Assembly (NCBI RefSeq): GCF_963668215.2
Contig: NZ_CAXXDI010000001.1
Location: 1,418,844-1,482,843 of the forward strand
DNA from: an uncultured Desulfosarcina sp.
GTDB taxonomy: Bacteria > Desulfobacterota > Desulfobacteria > Desulfobacterales > Desulfosarcinaceae
DNA length: 64,000 nt
Reading direction: 5' to 3'
Of this stretch, positions 32,038 to 43,173 are shown piece by piece. The notes beneath the pieces were generated by a model, which saw only the letters and a program-made list of their open reading frames with translations, was not told the DNA's origin and did not search any database. Every line of letters begins with the position of its first letter. Within the stretch, counting starts at the first letter, position 1. A program made the translations under genes and the position numbers.

Positions 32038-32973
32038 CTATTTGGCCTTCAACGGTCGGCATGTCTTGCGGAAAAGACGCATCCGTAAAGCCGGCAAATC
32101 GAGTTTGGCCAGCGACAGGGCGTTTCCAGCCAAAATGACAGCGACGCCGGTTACAGCCGGCAATGACCAGCGGTAGTCCTCGAACAGGGTGGATATGGCC
32201 AAGGCGACGATGGGAAACAGCAGCGAGGCGTATGCGGCCCGGTCCGCACCGATGCGTCCCACCAGGGTCAGGTAGCAGCCGAAGGCCACCACCGAACCGA
32301 AAAGGGCTAAATAAACAAGGGAGAGGATGTAGGTTGGCGACGGATCGAAGCCGAAGTGCTTGCCCGCAACCATTGCCGCTGCAAGGAGGGACAGAACGCC
32401 GTATGCCATGCCGTAGGCGTTTGTCTGGACGACCGGCAGGCCGTGCCGCTGGTTGCGGGCCGACAGGATGTTGCCCAAAGAGGCCATCAGGGTGGCGGTC
32501 ACGCTCAACAAAAACCCCTTGAAACCGGCATCGTCCAGACTGAATTCGGAAAGCTCGGGCCAGAACACCAGGCCGATGCCCATGATGCCCAGCACAGCTC
32601 CGGCGACGACGTTGCCCCGGATGGGGGCGCTTAGGAAGATACGCCCGTTAAGGATGTTCCAAAAAACGATGGTGGAGAAGACCACGGCTACGATTCCGCT
32701 GGTCAAGTGCACTTCAGCCAGGTAGACCAGCCAGTAGTTGACGCCGAACAGGCAGGCGCCCTGCAGGGCGATGAACAGGTGGTCGCGCAGGGTAAAACGC
32801 ATCTTCAAGCCACGCAGGCCGCACCAGGCGAAGAGTAGAGCCGTTGCCAGACAAAACCGGTAAACTACTGAAACCAGGGGGTCCACATGCCCCAGCTGGA
32901 ACTTGATCCCAAGCCAGGTCGATCCCCAGATGAACACTGTGAGGGTATAAAGGAACAGGTTTCTGGTCGGCAC
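32038..32973 (-). CDS. EamA/DMT family transporter
   Basis: About 10 TM segments, IWGSTWLGIK, GSVVAFGCYLTL, GNALSL; GTG start. Confidence 0.92.
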   Translation of the reverse strand: MPTRNLFLYTLTVFIWGSTWLGIKFQLGHVDPLVSVVYRFCLATALLFAWCGLRGLKMRFTLRDHLFIALQGACLFGVNYWLVYLAEVHLTSGIVAVVFSTIVFWNILNGRIFLSAPIRGNVVAGAVLGIMGIGLVFWPELSEFSLDDAGFKGFLLSVTATLMASLGNILSARNQRHGLPVVQTNAYGMAYGVLSLLAAAMVAGKHFGFDPSPTYILSLVYLALFGSVVAFGCYLTLVGRIGADRAAYASLLFPIVALAISTLFEDYRWSLPAVTGVAVILAGNALSLAKLDLPALRMRLFRKTCRPLKAK

Positions 32974-33299
32974 GGTACCCCCGCCTTCCTTTGGGTTTTT
33001 CTCTTAAAGGGGAAGCATGATTTCAAAATTGGAATATATTGTGTCGTACCATATTCCTGAATATAGTCACAGATACAGAATTCAATAAAAAAACAAATAA
33101 CAGTATTATGGCAGAAAAACGATTATCGTAAACCGCCCCGTAAAGGCGGGCGTTGCTTATTGGTTCGAAGATATAGTTATCGTGCCGACCCGGCTATAAA
33201 TTGACAAATCGCCACAATTCTGACAAGTTGCAACGATCCTGATCGCAAGAAACCATCAACCTCAATAGACGGCCCACTGAAGCCGACAACACCAATCTC

Positions 33300-34232
33300 A
33301 TGACCTTACAAGCCATTCTCACCCATCCGCGTCTAAAGCTCTTTCTCGCGCTGTCCCGCACACCCCACGGGATAATCGATATCGCCACGCCAATGCTGGC
33401 CGCCCTGCTATGCCTGGGACATTTTCCTCCGCCGACCACGATCCTGTTGGGGATCATTACCGTCTTCGCCGGCTATACAGCCGTTTATGCCCTCAATGAT
33501 CTGGTGGACTATCGAACGGACAGGGAAAAGGTCCGCGCCGGGGGCTACGAAGACGGTGAGGATTATATCGACGGGGTGCTGGTTCGGCACCCGCTGGCCA
33601 AGGGCGTATTGAGCCTGCCCGAAGGCATTGTGTGGGCCGGGGGATGGGCTCTGGTGGCCATGGTCGGCGCCTGGCTGCTCAATCCGGTGTGTCTTGCCGT
33701 CTTTCTGGTCGGCGGTCTGCTGGAGGTTGTTTATTGTCTGCTGTGGCGGGTAACGCCGTTCAGGGCGCTGATCAACGGCATCGTCAAAACCTTGGGCTCC
33801 GTCGCCGCCGTGTACGCCGTCAATCCGCAACCGTCCATGGTTTTTCTTATCACCCTCTTTCTCTGGATCTTTTTCTGGGAGATCGGCGGGCAGAACATCC
33901 CCAACGACTGGACCGATATCGAAGAAGATCGCCGATTCAATGCCAAAACCATTCCCGTCAAACTAGGCCTCAGGCGGGCCGGTCTGTTGTCCCTGGTTTG
34001 TCTGGTGGCAGCCTTTTTCCTGACCTTTCTGACGCTATGGATTTCACCGCTGGTTTTCGGCGCCATCCACCTGATAGCCGCCGCCGGCCTGGGCATCTGG
34101 CTGTTGCTGCTGCCCGCCATGCGACTGGTGGAAACCAACGACCGCAGCCAGGCCATGACGCTGTTCAACAGGGCCAGCCACTTTCCCCTTAGCATGTTTG
34201 CGGTCGTGCTGGTGCGGCTTCTGTTTCTATAA
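33300..34232 (+). CDS. UbiA-family prenyltransferase
   Basis: Multi-TM; NDLVDYRTD and NDWTDIEED Asp-rich motifs. Confidence 0.88.
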   Translation: MTLQAILTHPRLKLFLALSRTPHGIIDIATPMLAALLCLGHFPPPTTILLGIITVFAGYTAVYALNDLVDYRTDREKVRAGGYEDGEDYIDGVLVRHPLAKGVLSLPEGIVWAGGWALVAMVGAWLLNPVCLAVFLVGGLLEVVYCLLWRVTPFRALINGIVKTLGSVAAVYAVNPQPSMVFLITLFLWIFFWEIGGQNIPNDWTDIEEDRRFNAKTIPVKLGLRRAGLLSLVCLVAAFFLTFLTLWISPLVFGAIHLIAAAGLGIWLLLLPAMRLVETNDRSQAMTLFNRASHFPLSMFAVVLVRLLFL

Positions 34233-34241
34233 TCAACCCAC

Positions 34242-35054
34242 TCATTTCATGCCCACATGGGCCACAGATATCCCGTTGGTCATCGATTTCCAGTGCACGT
34301 CGCGCAGTCCCAGGCCGGTCAGCATATCCGCCAGTTCGTCCGGCAGGGGAAACATGCGGATGGTTTCGGGCAGGCAGGCATAGGATTCGGCCGAGCCCAC
34401 CAGCAACTGCCCCAGCGCCGGCATGACGTTGAAGGAGTAAAAGTCGTACAGGGCGCAAAACAATGGGTTGGTGGGCCGTGAAAACTCCAGGCAGAGGAAA
34501 CGGCCCCCGGGCTTGAGCACCCGCACCATTTCGGAAAACCCCTGCCGCAGATGGGTCAAATTGCGAATGCCGAAACCCACCATGGCGCAGTCGAAGCTGT
34601 TGTCGGGAAAGGCGATCCGCTCGGCGTCGCCCTGGACATAGCCGATTTGGCTGTATTTCGCATAGGGATCGATCTTGTGGCGGCCGGCCGCGATCATGGC
34701 GTAGTTGATGTCGTAAATGGTCACCTGGCCGGTGGGTCCGGTGCGCCGGGCGGCCAGCATCGCCAGATCACCTGTGCCGCCGCACACGTCCAGCACCCTG
34801 TCTCCCTTTTTTACGCCGAGCATGCGTACGGCCGACCGTTTCCAGGCATGCTGGATGCCGAAGCTGAGCAGGGAGTTCATGAAGTCGTATTTGGGCGCCA
34901 CCCGCTCGAAATGGACCCGAACGGCGTCGGCCTTCTTCTTCTCGTCATACTCGCGAATGCCGAAGCGGGCCTTGCCGGTGGCGCGAATATGATCGTCCAA
35001 CTGCTCTTTGCGTTTGTTGTCGTCGAACCAGTTCGGATTTTTCCAGAAAGCCAT
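34242..35054 (-). CDS. ubiE: UbiE/MenG quinone C-methyltransferase
   Basis: YDFMNSLLSFGIQHAWK, VLDVCGGTGD, GFGIRN, VLKPGG, LEFSRP, ETIRMFP. Confidence 0.93.
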   Translation of the reverse strand: MAFWKNPNWFDDNKRKEQLDDHIRATGKARFGIREYDEKKKADAVRVHFERVAPKYDFMNSLLSFGIQHAWKRSAVRMLGVKKGDRVLDVCGGTGDLAMLAARRTGPTGQVTIYDINYAMIAAGRHKIDPYAKYSQIGYVQGDAERIAFPDNSFDCAMVGFGIRNLTHLRQGFSEMVRVLKPGGRFLCLEFSRPTNPLFCALYDFYSFNVMPALGQLLVGSAESYACLPETIRMFPLPDELADMLTGLGLRDVHWKSMTNGISVAHVGMK

Positions 35055-35070
35055 TATCGTCCCTTCCGGA

Positions 35071-35772
35071 TCATTTTTTAAAGTGCATCAGATAATTCAT
35101 CTTGGTACTGCGGCACAGCGCCGCATACCCGCCGAAAGGAATGTAGCGCAGCCCGGAAAGATTCTCAAAATGCAAACCGGCCGCCCGGCCCCACTGTTTC
35201 AGCTCCTCGGGCCTGACCAGTTTCCCGTATGTATGAGTGCCTTTTCTCACAATGCCCATGACATGCTCGGCGGCCACGATTACCAGCAGCCAGGAAAGCC
35301 AGGTTCGGTTGACCGTGGCGAAAAAAACGTCTCCGCCGGCTTTTACCAGGCGGCCGCAGGCGTTAAGAATGGATGCCGGCCGGGGAACGTGTTCGAGCAG
35401 TTCCATGCAGACGACCACATCGTAGCGGCCCGGCGCTTCTTCCGCCAACTTTTCCGCCGTGGTCTGCCGGTAGTCGATCTGCAGACCGCCAGCCCGTGTA
35501 TGCGCCCGGGCCACCGCCAGGGAAGCTCCGACCATGTCGATGCCGGTCACCAGACCTCCGGCCGCGGCCAGGCCCTCGGAAAGCAACCCACCGCCGCAGC
35601 CCACGTCCAGCAACTGTTTGCCGTTGACGTCGACGCGATCACACACATAGCCCAGGCGCACGGGATTGATATCGTGCAGGGCCTTGAATTCGCCGTAGCG
35701 GTCCCACCAGATGTCGGCCATGGCCGAAAAACGGGCGATTTCGCCGGCGTCGATATTGTCGATAGTATTCAT
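35071..35772 (-). CDS. ubiG: UbiG-like quinone O-methyltransferase
   Basis: EIARFSAMADIWWD..GEFKALHDINPVRL, LLDVGCGGGLLSE, MELLEHV, FATVNRT, GTHTY. Confidence 0.88.
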   Translation of the reverse strand: MNTIDNIDAGEIARFSAMADIWWDRYGEFKALHDINPVRLGYVCDRVDVNGKQLLDVGCGGGLLSEGLAAAGGLVTGIDMVGASLAVARAHTRAGGLQIDYRQTTAEKLAEEAPGRYDVVVCMELLEHVPRPASILNACGRLVKAGGDVFFATVNRTWLSWLLVIVAAEHVMGIVRKGTHTYGKLVRPEELKQWGRAAGLHFENLSGLRYIPFGGYAALCRSTKMNYLMHFKK

Positions 35773-36072
35773 GGGTGCTGTCTGCGCCTTTCGAATCGAT
35801 AGGAGATAACAGATCGAAGATTGCGGATCAAGATCGATGAGCCGTTTCAACGGGTATTCGTATCTGGCTTTGCGCATACCAACGCCACTTTCAACGTGTT
35901 GCCCGACAATGGCCTTGACCGTCGATGGCCAACTGGGTTACGCATACGTATCCCGCTCTTTTTTCTGAACCGAAGCTACCGACAAGAATCAATTCGCTGA
36001 ATTCTACCGGACGGTTTGTCTCACTCAGGAACAGGGATGGATCAGTCACATTCACACCTTGAGGTGGCATGC

Positions 36073-37026
36073 ATGAACAAAAACGCAATTCTAATTATTT
36101 TGCTTCTTTTTCTCACACTGTGCATTTGCTGTTCAAAATCGGTAGAGCTGCAGACCCAATGCAAAACCCATTATACATTCCGCGATGGCGTTCCATGCAA
36201 AACTTTTATGCAGGAACACCTGTCGGAAGACTTTCTGGATGTCACCTTTACCAAAAGGCCCAAGGTTTCCCAAGACAACAATTTCTGGGTATTCACCTGG
36301 AACGGAATCGATGTCATCCTGCCCCCTGCAGCGTTTGAGCATATATTCCTCTTTAAAGATTCGGGCGGCCAATATCTCCTTCATTTGTCCGCAGCCGATG
36401 ACATCCGAATCAGTCTGCTCGCCAATAAAAATGAATTGTTTGAGGACGTTTTTGCCGTTTCGGAGATCGGGGAACCTAAAGTGACCACTACGGCAAAAGG
36501 GATCGCCGCGACCGAAGCCATGTATGGCGGCCCTGTCCGATTTTCCGAGTTGATGACGCTTGCCTACGAATGCACACCCAAAGAGATCACCTGCTGCGCT
36601 GAAAAGGGCGAAGAGGAAATGGGAAAGGTTGTCGCCTTGATCATGAAGGTGATCGACGGGCCTGACATCGTTGCCGCCTACAAAGGCGTAGGCCGGTATA
36701 ATGGCTGGCTTACGAAAAGCAGATCAGGCGGCCGAGTGGAATATCGGCTGAACATTCTATCGGAAAGCGATGAGGAGCACATCTATCAGGCTACCTACCA
36801 GATAACCGAAAACGCCCCGTATCATACCTTTCCGCATTTGGTGGGGGCGGTGGACCGCCATGACGCCGCGCAGCCGCCGGATTGGGTTCCGGCACTGGAA
36901 GCGGCGTTGAAAGAAGATTCCGCCGAGGCCTGGCAAGACTTTCTATCTGCCGCCGAAGAAGGGGGCATCAGCGAAAAAAGCCGCTCATCCGTGAGAAAAA
37001 TTATCGAGAAGAAAAACACCCCCTAA
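36073..37026 (+). CDS. Hypothetical exported protein/lipoprotein
   Basis: GAGG RBS; MNKNAILIILLLFLTLCICC signal with lipobox-like Cys; no family recognised. Confidence 0.7.
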   Translation: MNKNAILIILLLFLTLCICCSKSVELQTQCKTHYTFRDGVPCKTFMQEHLSEDFLDVTFTKRPKVSQDNNFWVFTWNGIDVILPPAAFEHIFLFKDSGGQYLLHLSAADDIRISLLANKNELFEDVFAVSEIGEPKVTTTAKGIAATEAMYGGPVRFSELMTLAYECTPKEITCCAEKGEEEMGKVVALIMKVIDGPDIVAAYKGVGRYNGWLTKSRSGGRVEYRLNILSESDEEHIYQATYQITENAPYHTFPHLVGAVDRHDAAQPPDWVPALEAALKEDSAEAWQDFLSAAEEGGISEKSRSSVRKIIEKKNTP

Positions 37027-37166
37027 CCGTCTTCCATCGGACCGATCATGATTTCCAGACCTTTCGCACGCTCTCGATGGCCGCGCAGACGACGGCCTCT
37101 TTTTCCCGCTTACGGTTGTATACGAAATTCAAATCGATGCGGCCGACCACCTCGTCCCAGATGGAT

Positions 37167-38438
37167 TTAGGCCATAAACAACCGTCTGTCCCGATCCCCC
37201 GCCCGGATCAGGCTGCCTCCGACGATGGTGTGTTCGGGAATGATCCGCCTGCCGCAGGCCAATGCATGGCCGCCGGTATCGACGTATTCGAACGTGCCCT
37301 CGGCAATGGAGAAGAGGGTCAGATCCATGGGCCTTCCGATCTGTATTTCCGACTCGATTGTCAACAGCCGCCTTGGCCGGGATGAGATTCGTTCGGTCAC
37401 CTCTTCGATGCTCAACCCCAGGGCAAGAAATTTCGAGGCGACGTTGGCCAACGTCCGGCTTTTGAACCAGGAGGGCAGCAGCCACAAATCCGTACTGATC
37501 GTGAAATCCATGAAATCCTGATCGAAAGCCCTTCTCGCGGAGTCGAATTCAAAACTCCCCACACCATGGCCGACATCGAAAAGGACGCCTTCGGCTTTTG
37601 CCTGGAGGGCTTCGGGCCTCACGTTTCCGGAAGCATCGACAATGGAATTGTTACTTTTTCTGAAACAATGGGTGATGACATCCCCGGGTTTGGACATTCC
37701 CAGAAAATCGACGATCGATGGTGCCGGATTGCCAAGGTGGTACATCACCGGCAGTCGCCGTTCCTTTCCCAGTTCCGCCGTCACACCCGCCAGATAAGCC
37801 GGGTTCTCGTCCGGCGTGTTCATTGAATCCAGGCGCACTTTCAATCCCTTGATGACATGTGGATACTGATCGATAAGGCGACACGCGCCGTTGACATCCT
37901 CGACGCCTGGCCTGCTCTTAAAGAGAATGTTTCTATATTGGATACCGTTTTTCCTGACATTGAGAAAAACATAAACCGGGATATTGGCGCGCCTGTGACA
38001 TCGATTCATGAAAGCCTCAAAAGTCTCGGGGCCATAGGTTCCCGCCTCCACAATCGCCGTGATACCCATTTCAGGCCCCAAAAGATCGAGATCCACACCG
38101 ACGCCGCCCAGATGGCAATGAAAATCGACCCATCCCGGAGAGATGAAAAACCGCGAACAATCGATGACTTTGGCATCCGCAACCCTGCGGCCGGCCTCCT
38201 CCTTTCCGATTTTGACAATGACGCCGTTTTCCATGATCAGATCCGTTTTTTCAAAAGCTCCGTTCAGGAAAACCGATCCATCCTTGAGGATGTATGCAGG
38301 GTGTCGGACTGCGCCGGGGGAAGAGGACCGCTTGGCACACCCATAGAAAAAGCCCGCATTCAGGAAAAAGGGAAAAGCGGCGACACTGCTGCCTATCGCT
38401 TGGAGAAAACGTCGGCGGTTGGTCTCTGGAAGTTTCAT
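37167..38438 (-). CDS. Amidohydrolase (dihydroorotase-like/deacetylase family) with Tat-type signal
   Basis: NRRRFLQ twin-Arg motif; PGWVDFHCH, GLKVR, MYH, ITH, DVGHG, ISTD metal-site motifs. Confidence 0.88.
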   Translation of the reverse strand: MKLPETNRRRFLQAIGSSVAAFPFFLNAGFFYGCAKRSSSPGAVRHPAYILKDGSVFLNGAFEKTDLIMENGVIVKIGKEEAGRRVADAKVIDCSRFFISPGWVDFHCHLGGVGVDLDLLGPEMGITAIVEAGTYGPETFEAFMNRCHRRANIPVYVFLNVRKNGIQYRNILFKSRPGVEDVNGACRLIDQYPHVIKGLKVRLDSMNTPDENPAYLAGVTAELGKERRLPVMYHLGNPAPSIVDFLGMSKPGDVITHCFRKSNNSIVDASGNVRPEALQAKAEGVLFDVGHGVGSFEFDSARRAFDQDFMDFTISTDLWLLPSWFKSRTLANVASKFLALGLSIEEVTERISSRPRRLLTIESEIQIGRPMDLTLFSIAEGTFEYVDTGGHALACGRRIIPEHTIVGGSLIRAGDRDRRLFMA

Positions 38439-38783
38439 TTTCGATATCTTGGCAAAGTAAACGGGGGATGGACGGTTACAGAAACCCTGCCCTTTATGGG
38501 CCATCTTATCGGCTGCCATGCGGGTTGCCAAGCAAAAAGGCGATCACCCCGATTCTCAGGGAAAGCCGATGCCCACGGACAAGGTCCGGCGCCCGTCTTG
38601 ACCATCGAGTCGGACCCGCGCCGGACTTGTTGACACAAATGACGTTTCATCTTAGTCTATTACATTAATGCGCTTTCCTGACATTGCAGTACCCGCGCAC
38701 ACCCTGGCGGCTTCCGACGTTCTCTTTGCGATCGGTTTCCCAATAAAATCAGGTCGATCAAACCTGGAGGGCACCGAATCATC

Positions 38784-41417
38784 ATGGCCGGAAAACCAAC
38801 ATACGAAGCCCTTTTTCAACAGGTTCGGGAACTGGAAAAGGTCCTGGCCGAAAAAGAACGCAAGGAAAAGGCCCTGCAACGGCGGATTCTGGCGCTGACC
38901 CAGCCCCGCGACAGCACCGCCGAGGGACTTGAACTCGAAGATCTGTTCGACATGGACGATATCCAGCGCCTCCAGGATGAATTTTCCAGAGCCACAGGTG
39001 TGGCTTCGATCATCACCCGGGTGGATGGCAGCCCGATCACCCATCCGAGTAATTTCTGCAGGCTATGCGAAAAAATTATTCGTAAAACGGAAAAAGGATT
39101 CGCCAACTGCTGCAAATCCGATGCGGCCCTTGGCAAGCTGAGTTCCGACGGGCCAATCGTCCAGCCCTGCATGAGCGGCGGTCTCTGGGACGCGGGTGCC
39201 GGGATCTCGATCAGCGGAAGGCATATCGCCAACTGGCTCATCGGTCAGGTGCGTGACGAAACCCAGACCGAAGAAAACATGTGCGCCTATGCCCGGTTGA
39301 TCGGGGTCGACGAGGCGATCATGATCGAGGCCTTCCGGGAAGTGCCGTCCATGTCCGTCGAGACGTTCGGGCACATTGCCCAAATGCTCTTCACCCTGGC
39401 CAACCAATTATCCGCCATTGCCTATCAGAACGTCCAGCAGGTCCGTTTCATCGCCGATCTCAAGCGGGCGGAGGAGGCCCTGAAAGAGAGCGAGGCACGC
39501 CTGCAAACCCTGATCCGAACCCTTCCCGACCTGATTTGGTTGAAGGATCCCCAGGGGGTTTATCTTTCCTGCAATCCGCGATTCGAAGCCCACTTCGGGG
39601 CCAAGGAAAAAGACATTGTCGGTAAAACAGACTACGATTTTCTGAGCAAAAAAAGGGCCGAACTCCATCGCAAGGAGGATCGGCAGGTCCTTGAGGAGGG
39701 ACGCCCGAGCCGGAACGAAAGCGAGTTTACCTTCGCCAGCGACGGCCACCACGAAATTCTCGAAACCATCAAGACCCCCATGTATCGCAGCGACGGCAGA
39801 CTCATTGGCGTGCTGGGAATCGGCCGAGACACCACCGATCGGAAAAAAGCCGAAACAAAGCTTCAACGCTCGCGGGAGAGATATCAATCGCTTTACCAGG
39901 AATCGCTGAAACAGACCAAGCTTTACGAATCCCTGCTGCGATCCGCCCCCATCCCTCTGGTGATATACGACCTCGACGGCCAGGCGACTTACGTCAACCC
40001 GGCGTTTACAGGCACCTTCGGATTTACCATGGAGGACGTCGAGGGCCGGCGGATTCCCTTCATACCCAAGGAAGAAGAGGAACAATCGCTGGCTGCCGTC
40101 CAAAAGGTGCTCTCCGGTGATCCGGTTTTCAGCATGGCAAATCGCCGGTTGACCAAGGATGGCCGCACACTGGATGTCCAGGTCAGCTCTTCCTGTTATG
40201 ACGACGATGCGGGCAACCGTGCCGGAATCGTCGTTTTCCTCAAGGATGTCACCCGGGTGAAACACACCGAAGCGCAACTCATGCAGGCTCAGAAGATGGA
40301 ATCCGTGGGACGCTTGGCCGGAGGAGTGGCCCATGACTTCAACAACATGCTCAGTGTGATTCTCGGCCATACCGAGCTGGAAATGGCCCAACTGGACGAG
40401 ACCCAGCCACTGTTCAAAAGCCTGAATGTAATTCGCCAGGCCGCTACCCGATCGGCAGATCTCACCCGGCAGCTGTTGGCCTTCGCCCGCAAGCAGACCG
40501 TCACGCCTAAAGTGCTCGATCTGAACAAGACCCTGGAAGGAATGCTGAAAATGCTGCGCCGCTTGCTGGGAGAGGACATCAATCTGACCTGGCGGCCGAA
40601 AGAGGACCTTTGGCCGGTCAAAATAGACGCCTCCCAGGTGGACCAGCTGCTGACCAATCTTTGCGTCAACGCTCGCGATGCAATCAAGGATGTGGGGAAA
40701 ATCATAATCGAAACGGACACGATCATTTTTGACACAGCCTATTGCCGGGAGCACCAGGGTTTTATTCCCGGCGAGTTCGTCGTACTGGCGGTCAGCGACA
40801 ATGGCCGAGGTATGGACAGGGACACCCAGGAAAAAATTTTCGAACCGTTTTTCACCACCAAGGGACCTGGGCAGGGTACCGGTCTGGGACTCTCTACGGT
40901 CTACGGCATCGTCAAACAGAACAACGGCTTTCTCAACGTTTACAGCGAGCCGGGCATGGGAACGACTTTCAAGATCTACCTGCCGAGTTATCTGGGGCAG
41001 ACGGTCGAAGAGATAAGACTTGAAGCGGAAACGGTTCCCCACGGAAACGGTGAAGTGGTGCTTATCGTGGAGGATGAACCGCTGATTCTCAACCTGGCGG
41101 GCAAAATACTGCAAAACGTCGGCTATACGGTTCTCCCGGCGGGCAGTCCCACGAAAGCACTGCGGATGGCACAGGCGCACACCGGCGATATCGCGCTGGT
41201 CGTCACCGATGTGGTCATGCCCGAGTTGAATGGCCGGGAGCTGGTCATGCGCCTGAAAAGCTTTTATCCTGACATCAAATGCCTCTTCATGTCCGGTTAC
41301 ACCGCCGATGTAATCGCCCATCGCGGCGTGATCGACGAAGACTTTAATTTTATCCAGAAACCTTTCTCCACACGAGATCTCGCGCTCAAGGTCGCCGAAG
41401 CGATGACAGGCGAGTAG
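38784..41417 (+). CDS. PocR-domain PAS hybrid sensor histidine kinase
   Basis: PocR-like ([35 protein letters not shown]), two PAS domains, [11 protein letters not shown], receiver. Confidence 0.93.
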   Translation: MAGKPTYEALFQQVRELEKVLAEKERKEKALQRRILALTQPRDSTAEGLELEDLFDMDDIQRLQDEFSRATGVASIITRVDGSPITHPSNFCRLCEKIIRKTEKGFANCCKSDAALGKLSSDGPIVQPCMSGGLWDAGAGISISGRHIANWLIGQVRDETQTEENMCAYARLIGVDEAIMIEAFREVPSMSVETFGHIAQMLFTLANQLSAIAYQNVQQVRFIADLKRAEEALKESEARLQTLIRTLPDLIWLKDPQGVYLSCNPRFEAHFGAKEKDIVGKTDYDFLSKKRAELHRKEDRQVLEEGRPSRNESEFTFASDGHHEILETIKTPMYRSDGRLIGVLGIGRDTTDRKKAETKLQRSRERYQSLYQESLKQTKLYESLLRSAPIPLVIYDLDGQATYVNPAFTGTFGFTMEDVEGRRIPFIPKEEEEQSLAAVQKVLSGDPVFSMANRRLTKDGRTLDVQVSSSCYDDDAGNRAGIVVFLKDVTRVKHTEAQLMQAQKMESVGRLAGGVAHDFNNMLSVILGHTELEMAQLDETQPLFKSLNVIRQAATRSADLTRQLLAFARKQTVTPKVLDLNKTLEGMLKMLRRLLGEDINLTWRPKEDLWPVKIDASQVDQLLTNLCVNARDAIKDVGKIIIETDTIIFDTAYCREHQGFIPGEFVVLAVSDNGRGMDRDTQEKIFEPFFTTKGPGQGTGLGLSTVYGIVKQNNGFLNVYSEPGMGTTFKIYLPSYLGQTVEEIRLEAETVPHGNGEVVLIVEDEPLILNLAGKILQNVGYTVLPAGSPTKALRMAQAHTGDIALVVTDVVMPELNGRELVMRLKSFYPDIKCLFMSGYTADVIAHRGVIDEDFNFIQKPFSTRDLALKVAEAMTGE

Positions 41418-41489
41418 ATTCCTGCGGTTGAACGCATGAAAAAAAGCATATTTTGAAAAGTATTCTTCTAAATAATTCCGGAGAAATCG

Positions 41490-41963
41490 ATGAATTATTG
41501 GCTGATGAAATCCGAACCTTCGGTGTTCGGCATCGATGATCTGAAATCGATGCCGAACCGGACGGAACACTGGGACGGCGTGCGCAATTACCAGGCCCGC
41601 AACATGATGCGCGATACGATGAAAGTCGGCGACAGCGCTTTCTTTTATCACTCCAACTGCAAGGTACCGGGGATTGTCGGATTGATGGAAGTGGTGCGCG
41701 AAGGCTACCCGGACCACACCGCCTTCGAACCCGGCAGCAAGTATTTCGATGAGAAAAGCGACCCAAACAACCCGCGCTGGTATATGGTTGACGTCAAATA
41801 TCTCCGACACACCAAACGGGTCATTCCCCTGACCGAACTCAAGGCGCATGCAGCGCTTGAAAACATGCCGCTGGTGCGCAGGGGAAACCGGCTTTCGATC
41901 ATGCCGGTGTCCAAAAACGAGTGGCAATTTATCCTGTCCCTTGAGAATCGACCGGAACCGTAA
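41490..41963 (+). CDS. EVE-domain protein
   Basis: YWLMKSEP, WDGVRNYQARN, FFYHSNC, YFDEKS, PRWYMVDV, RLSIMPV. Confidence 0.95.
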   Translation: MNYWLMKSEPSVFGIDDLKSMPNRTEHWDGVRNYQARNMMRDTMKVGDSAFFYHSNCKVPGIVGLMEVVREGYPDHTAFEPGSKYFDEKSDPNNPRWYMVDVKYLRHTKRVIPLTELKAHAALENMPLVRRGNRLSIMPVSKNEWQFILSLENRPEP

Positions 41964-42272
41964 TGAAGCTGGTGACAGGCAAATTGGATGCGTTTATCCA
42001 GACAACTGGAGTTTTATAGCGAACCCAATTATATTTTTTATTTGGTCAACCAATACCTCTCGCAGTGAAAACGATAGCCATTCATAGTGAAAAAAGAAAT
42101 CAATCCACTGTAATGGCCATCGTTATGATTTGCCGGTTCAAAACCGCCCAACCAACATACGCTCAAGGAGGTGGCAGGGCACGCAGCATCAAATTGCTTT
42201 TGGAATCTTCGTTCTGATTTCGGCTCCGGGTTTTACGAGAAAAGATAATAAAGGTTGCAGCGGGAGGTTGCC

Positions 42273-43160
42273 ATGCATCGTTTCCACGGTTTTGCCCTGG
42301 CCGTTTTCCTCATCCTGGCAGGTTCGACGGCCGCCACTTCGCAGGAGATCGCCTTCGAGTCCGACATCCGCATGGGAGAAAACGGCCGGGTCCAGGGCCG
42401 GCTGATCGCGTCCGGCGAACGCTACCGGATCGACTTCCAGCGGGACGATAATCCTTTGGCGCTACTGGTAGACGGTCCCGGCGGCCAGACGTATATCATC
42501 GATCCGTCGGCAAATACCTGCCAAAACGTCGCTACCCGGGACCGCCAAAGCCTGGATTTGAATCCCATCGAGGTGTTCCGGTCGACCGCCGGGTTTTATG
42601 CCCGGGAAACCCGCGGGCGGTCGGCCGTCAACGGGATCGACTGCCAACAGATCGATTACCGCAGCGGAGGCGGCCTTCTGATGACCGCCTGGTTCGCCGA
42701 CAATCTCTCCATTCCCGTCAAAGTAGTCAATCCCCGCTTTCCACAAATGAATATCGAACTGCTGGACATCCGTCGCGGCACCATCGACCCGGATCGGCTG
42801 CTCCTGCCGGCAGATTGCCGGCCCGCTCCCGGACAGGCAGGACAAGCGTCCGCGGCCCGGGCCGAACAGACCGAATGGCACATCGTTGCAGGCAGTTCCC
42901 AGACCGTGTCTCTGGCGCAGGGTGAGGATTTTACCCTGACGGTCGCCGACGATGCAGCCGACGGCAAGGAGACCCGCGGGCAGATGATTTTCCACCGCAA
43001 CGCCCCACAGCCCGCCGATCGGGTAGCGGCCCCGCTCAAGGTGCCCAACGGCCAATCGTTCGAGCTGTCCTACCCGGCCTCCGCCCTGATCACGGCCGTG
43101 GAATTCGACCTTTCCCAGGGCGGCCTGTACGTGAAAAAAGCCGCTGCCGCAAAGAAATAG
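42273..43160 (+). CDS. Exported protein with DUF4412/LolA-like N-terminal domain
   Basis: Signal peptide; RYRIDF...TYIIDP...G..AVNGIDCQQIDY...TAWFADNLSIPVK pattern. Confidence 0.7.
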   Translation: MHRFHGFALAVFLILAGSTAATSQEIAFESDIRMGENGRVQGRLIASGERYRIDFQRDDNPLALLVDGPGGQTYIIDPSANTCQNVATRDRQSLDLNPIEVFRSTAGFYARETRGRSAVNGIDCQQIDYRSGGGLLMTAWFADNLSIPVKVVNPRFPQMNIELLDIRRGTIDPDRLLLPADCRPAPGQAGQASAARAEQTEWHIVAGSSQTVSLAQGEDFTLTVADDAADGKETRGQMIFHRNAPQPADRVAAPLKVPNGQSFELSYPASALITAVEFDLSQGGLYVKKAAAAKK

Positions 43161-43173
43161 AAAGGACTCGACC

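Noticed and set aside
33040-33200. Remnant of a MocR/GntR regulator divergent from the EamA gene
   Set aside because: Only a 7-codon ATG frame and a short palindrome (CCGCCCCGTAAAGGCGGG) are present; too little to support a pseudogene call.
41490-41963. EVE protein as part of a modification-dependent defence system
   Set aside because: A stand-alone EVE gene with no adjacent nuclease or methylase; Mrr is 20 kb away in a separate cassette.
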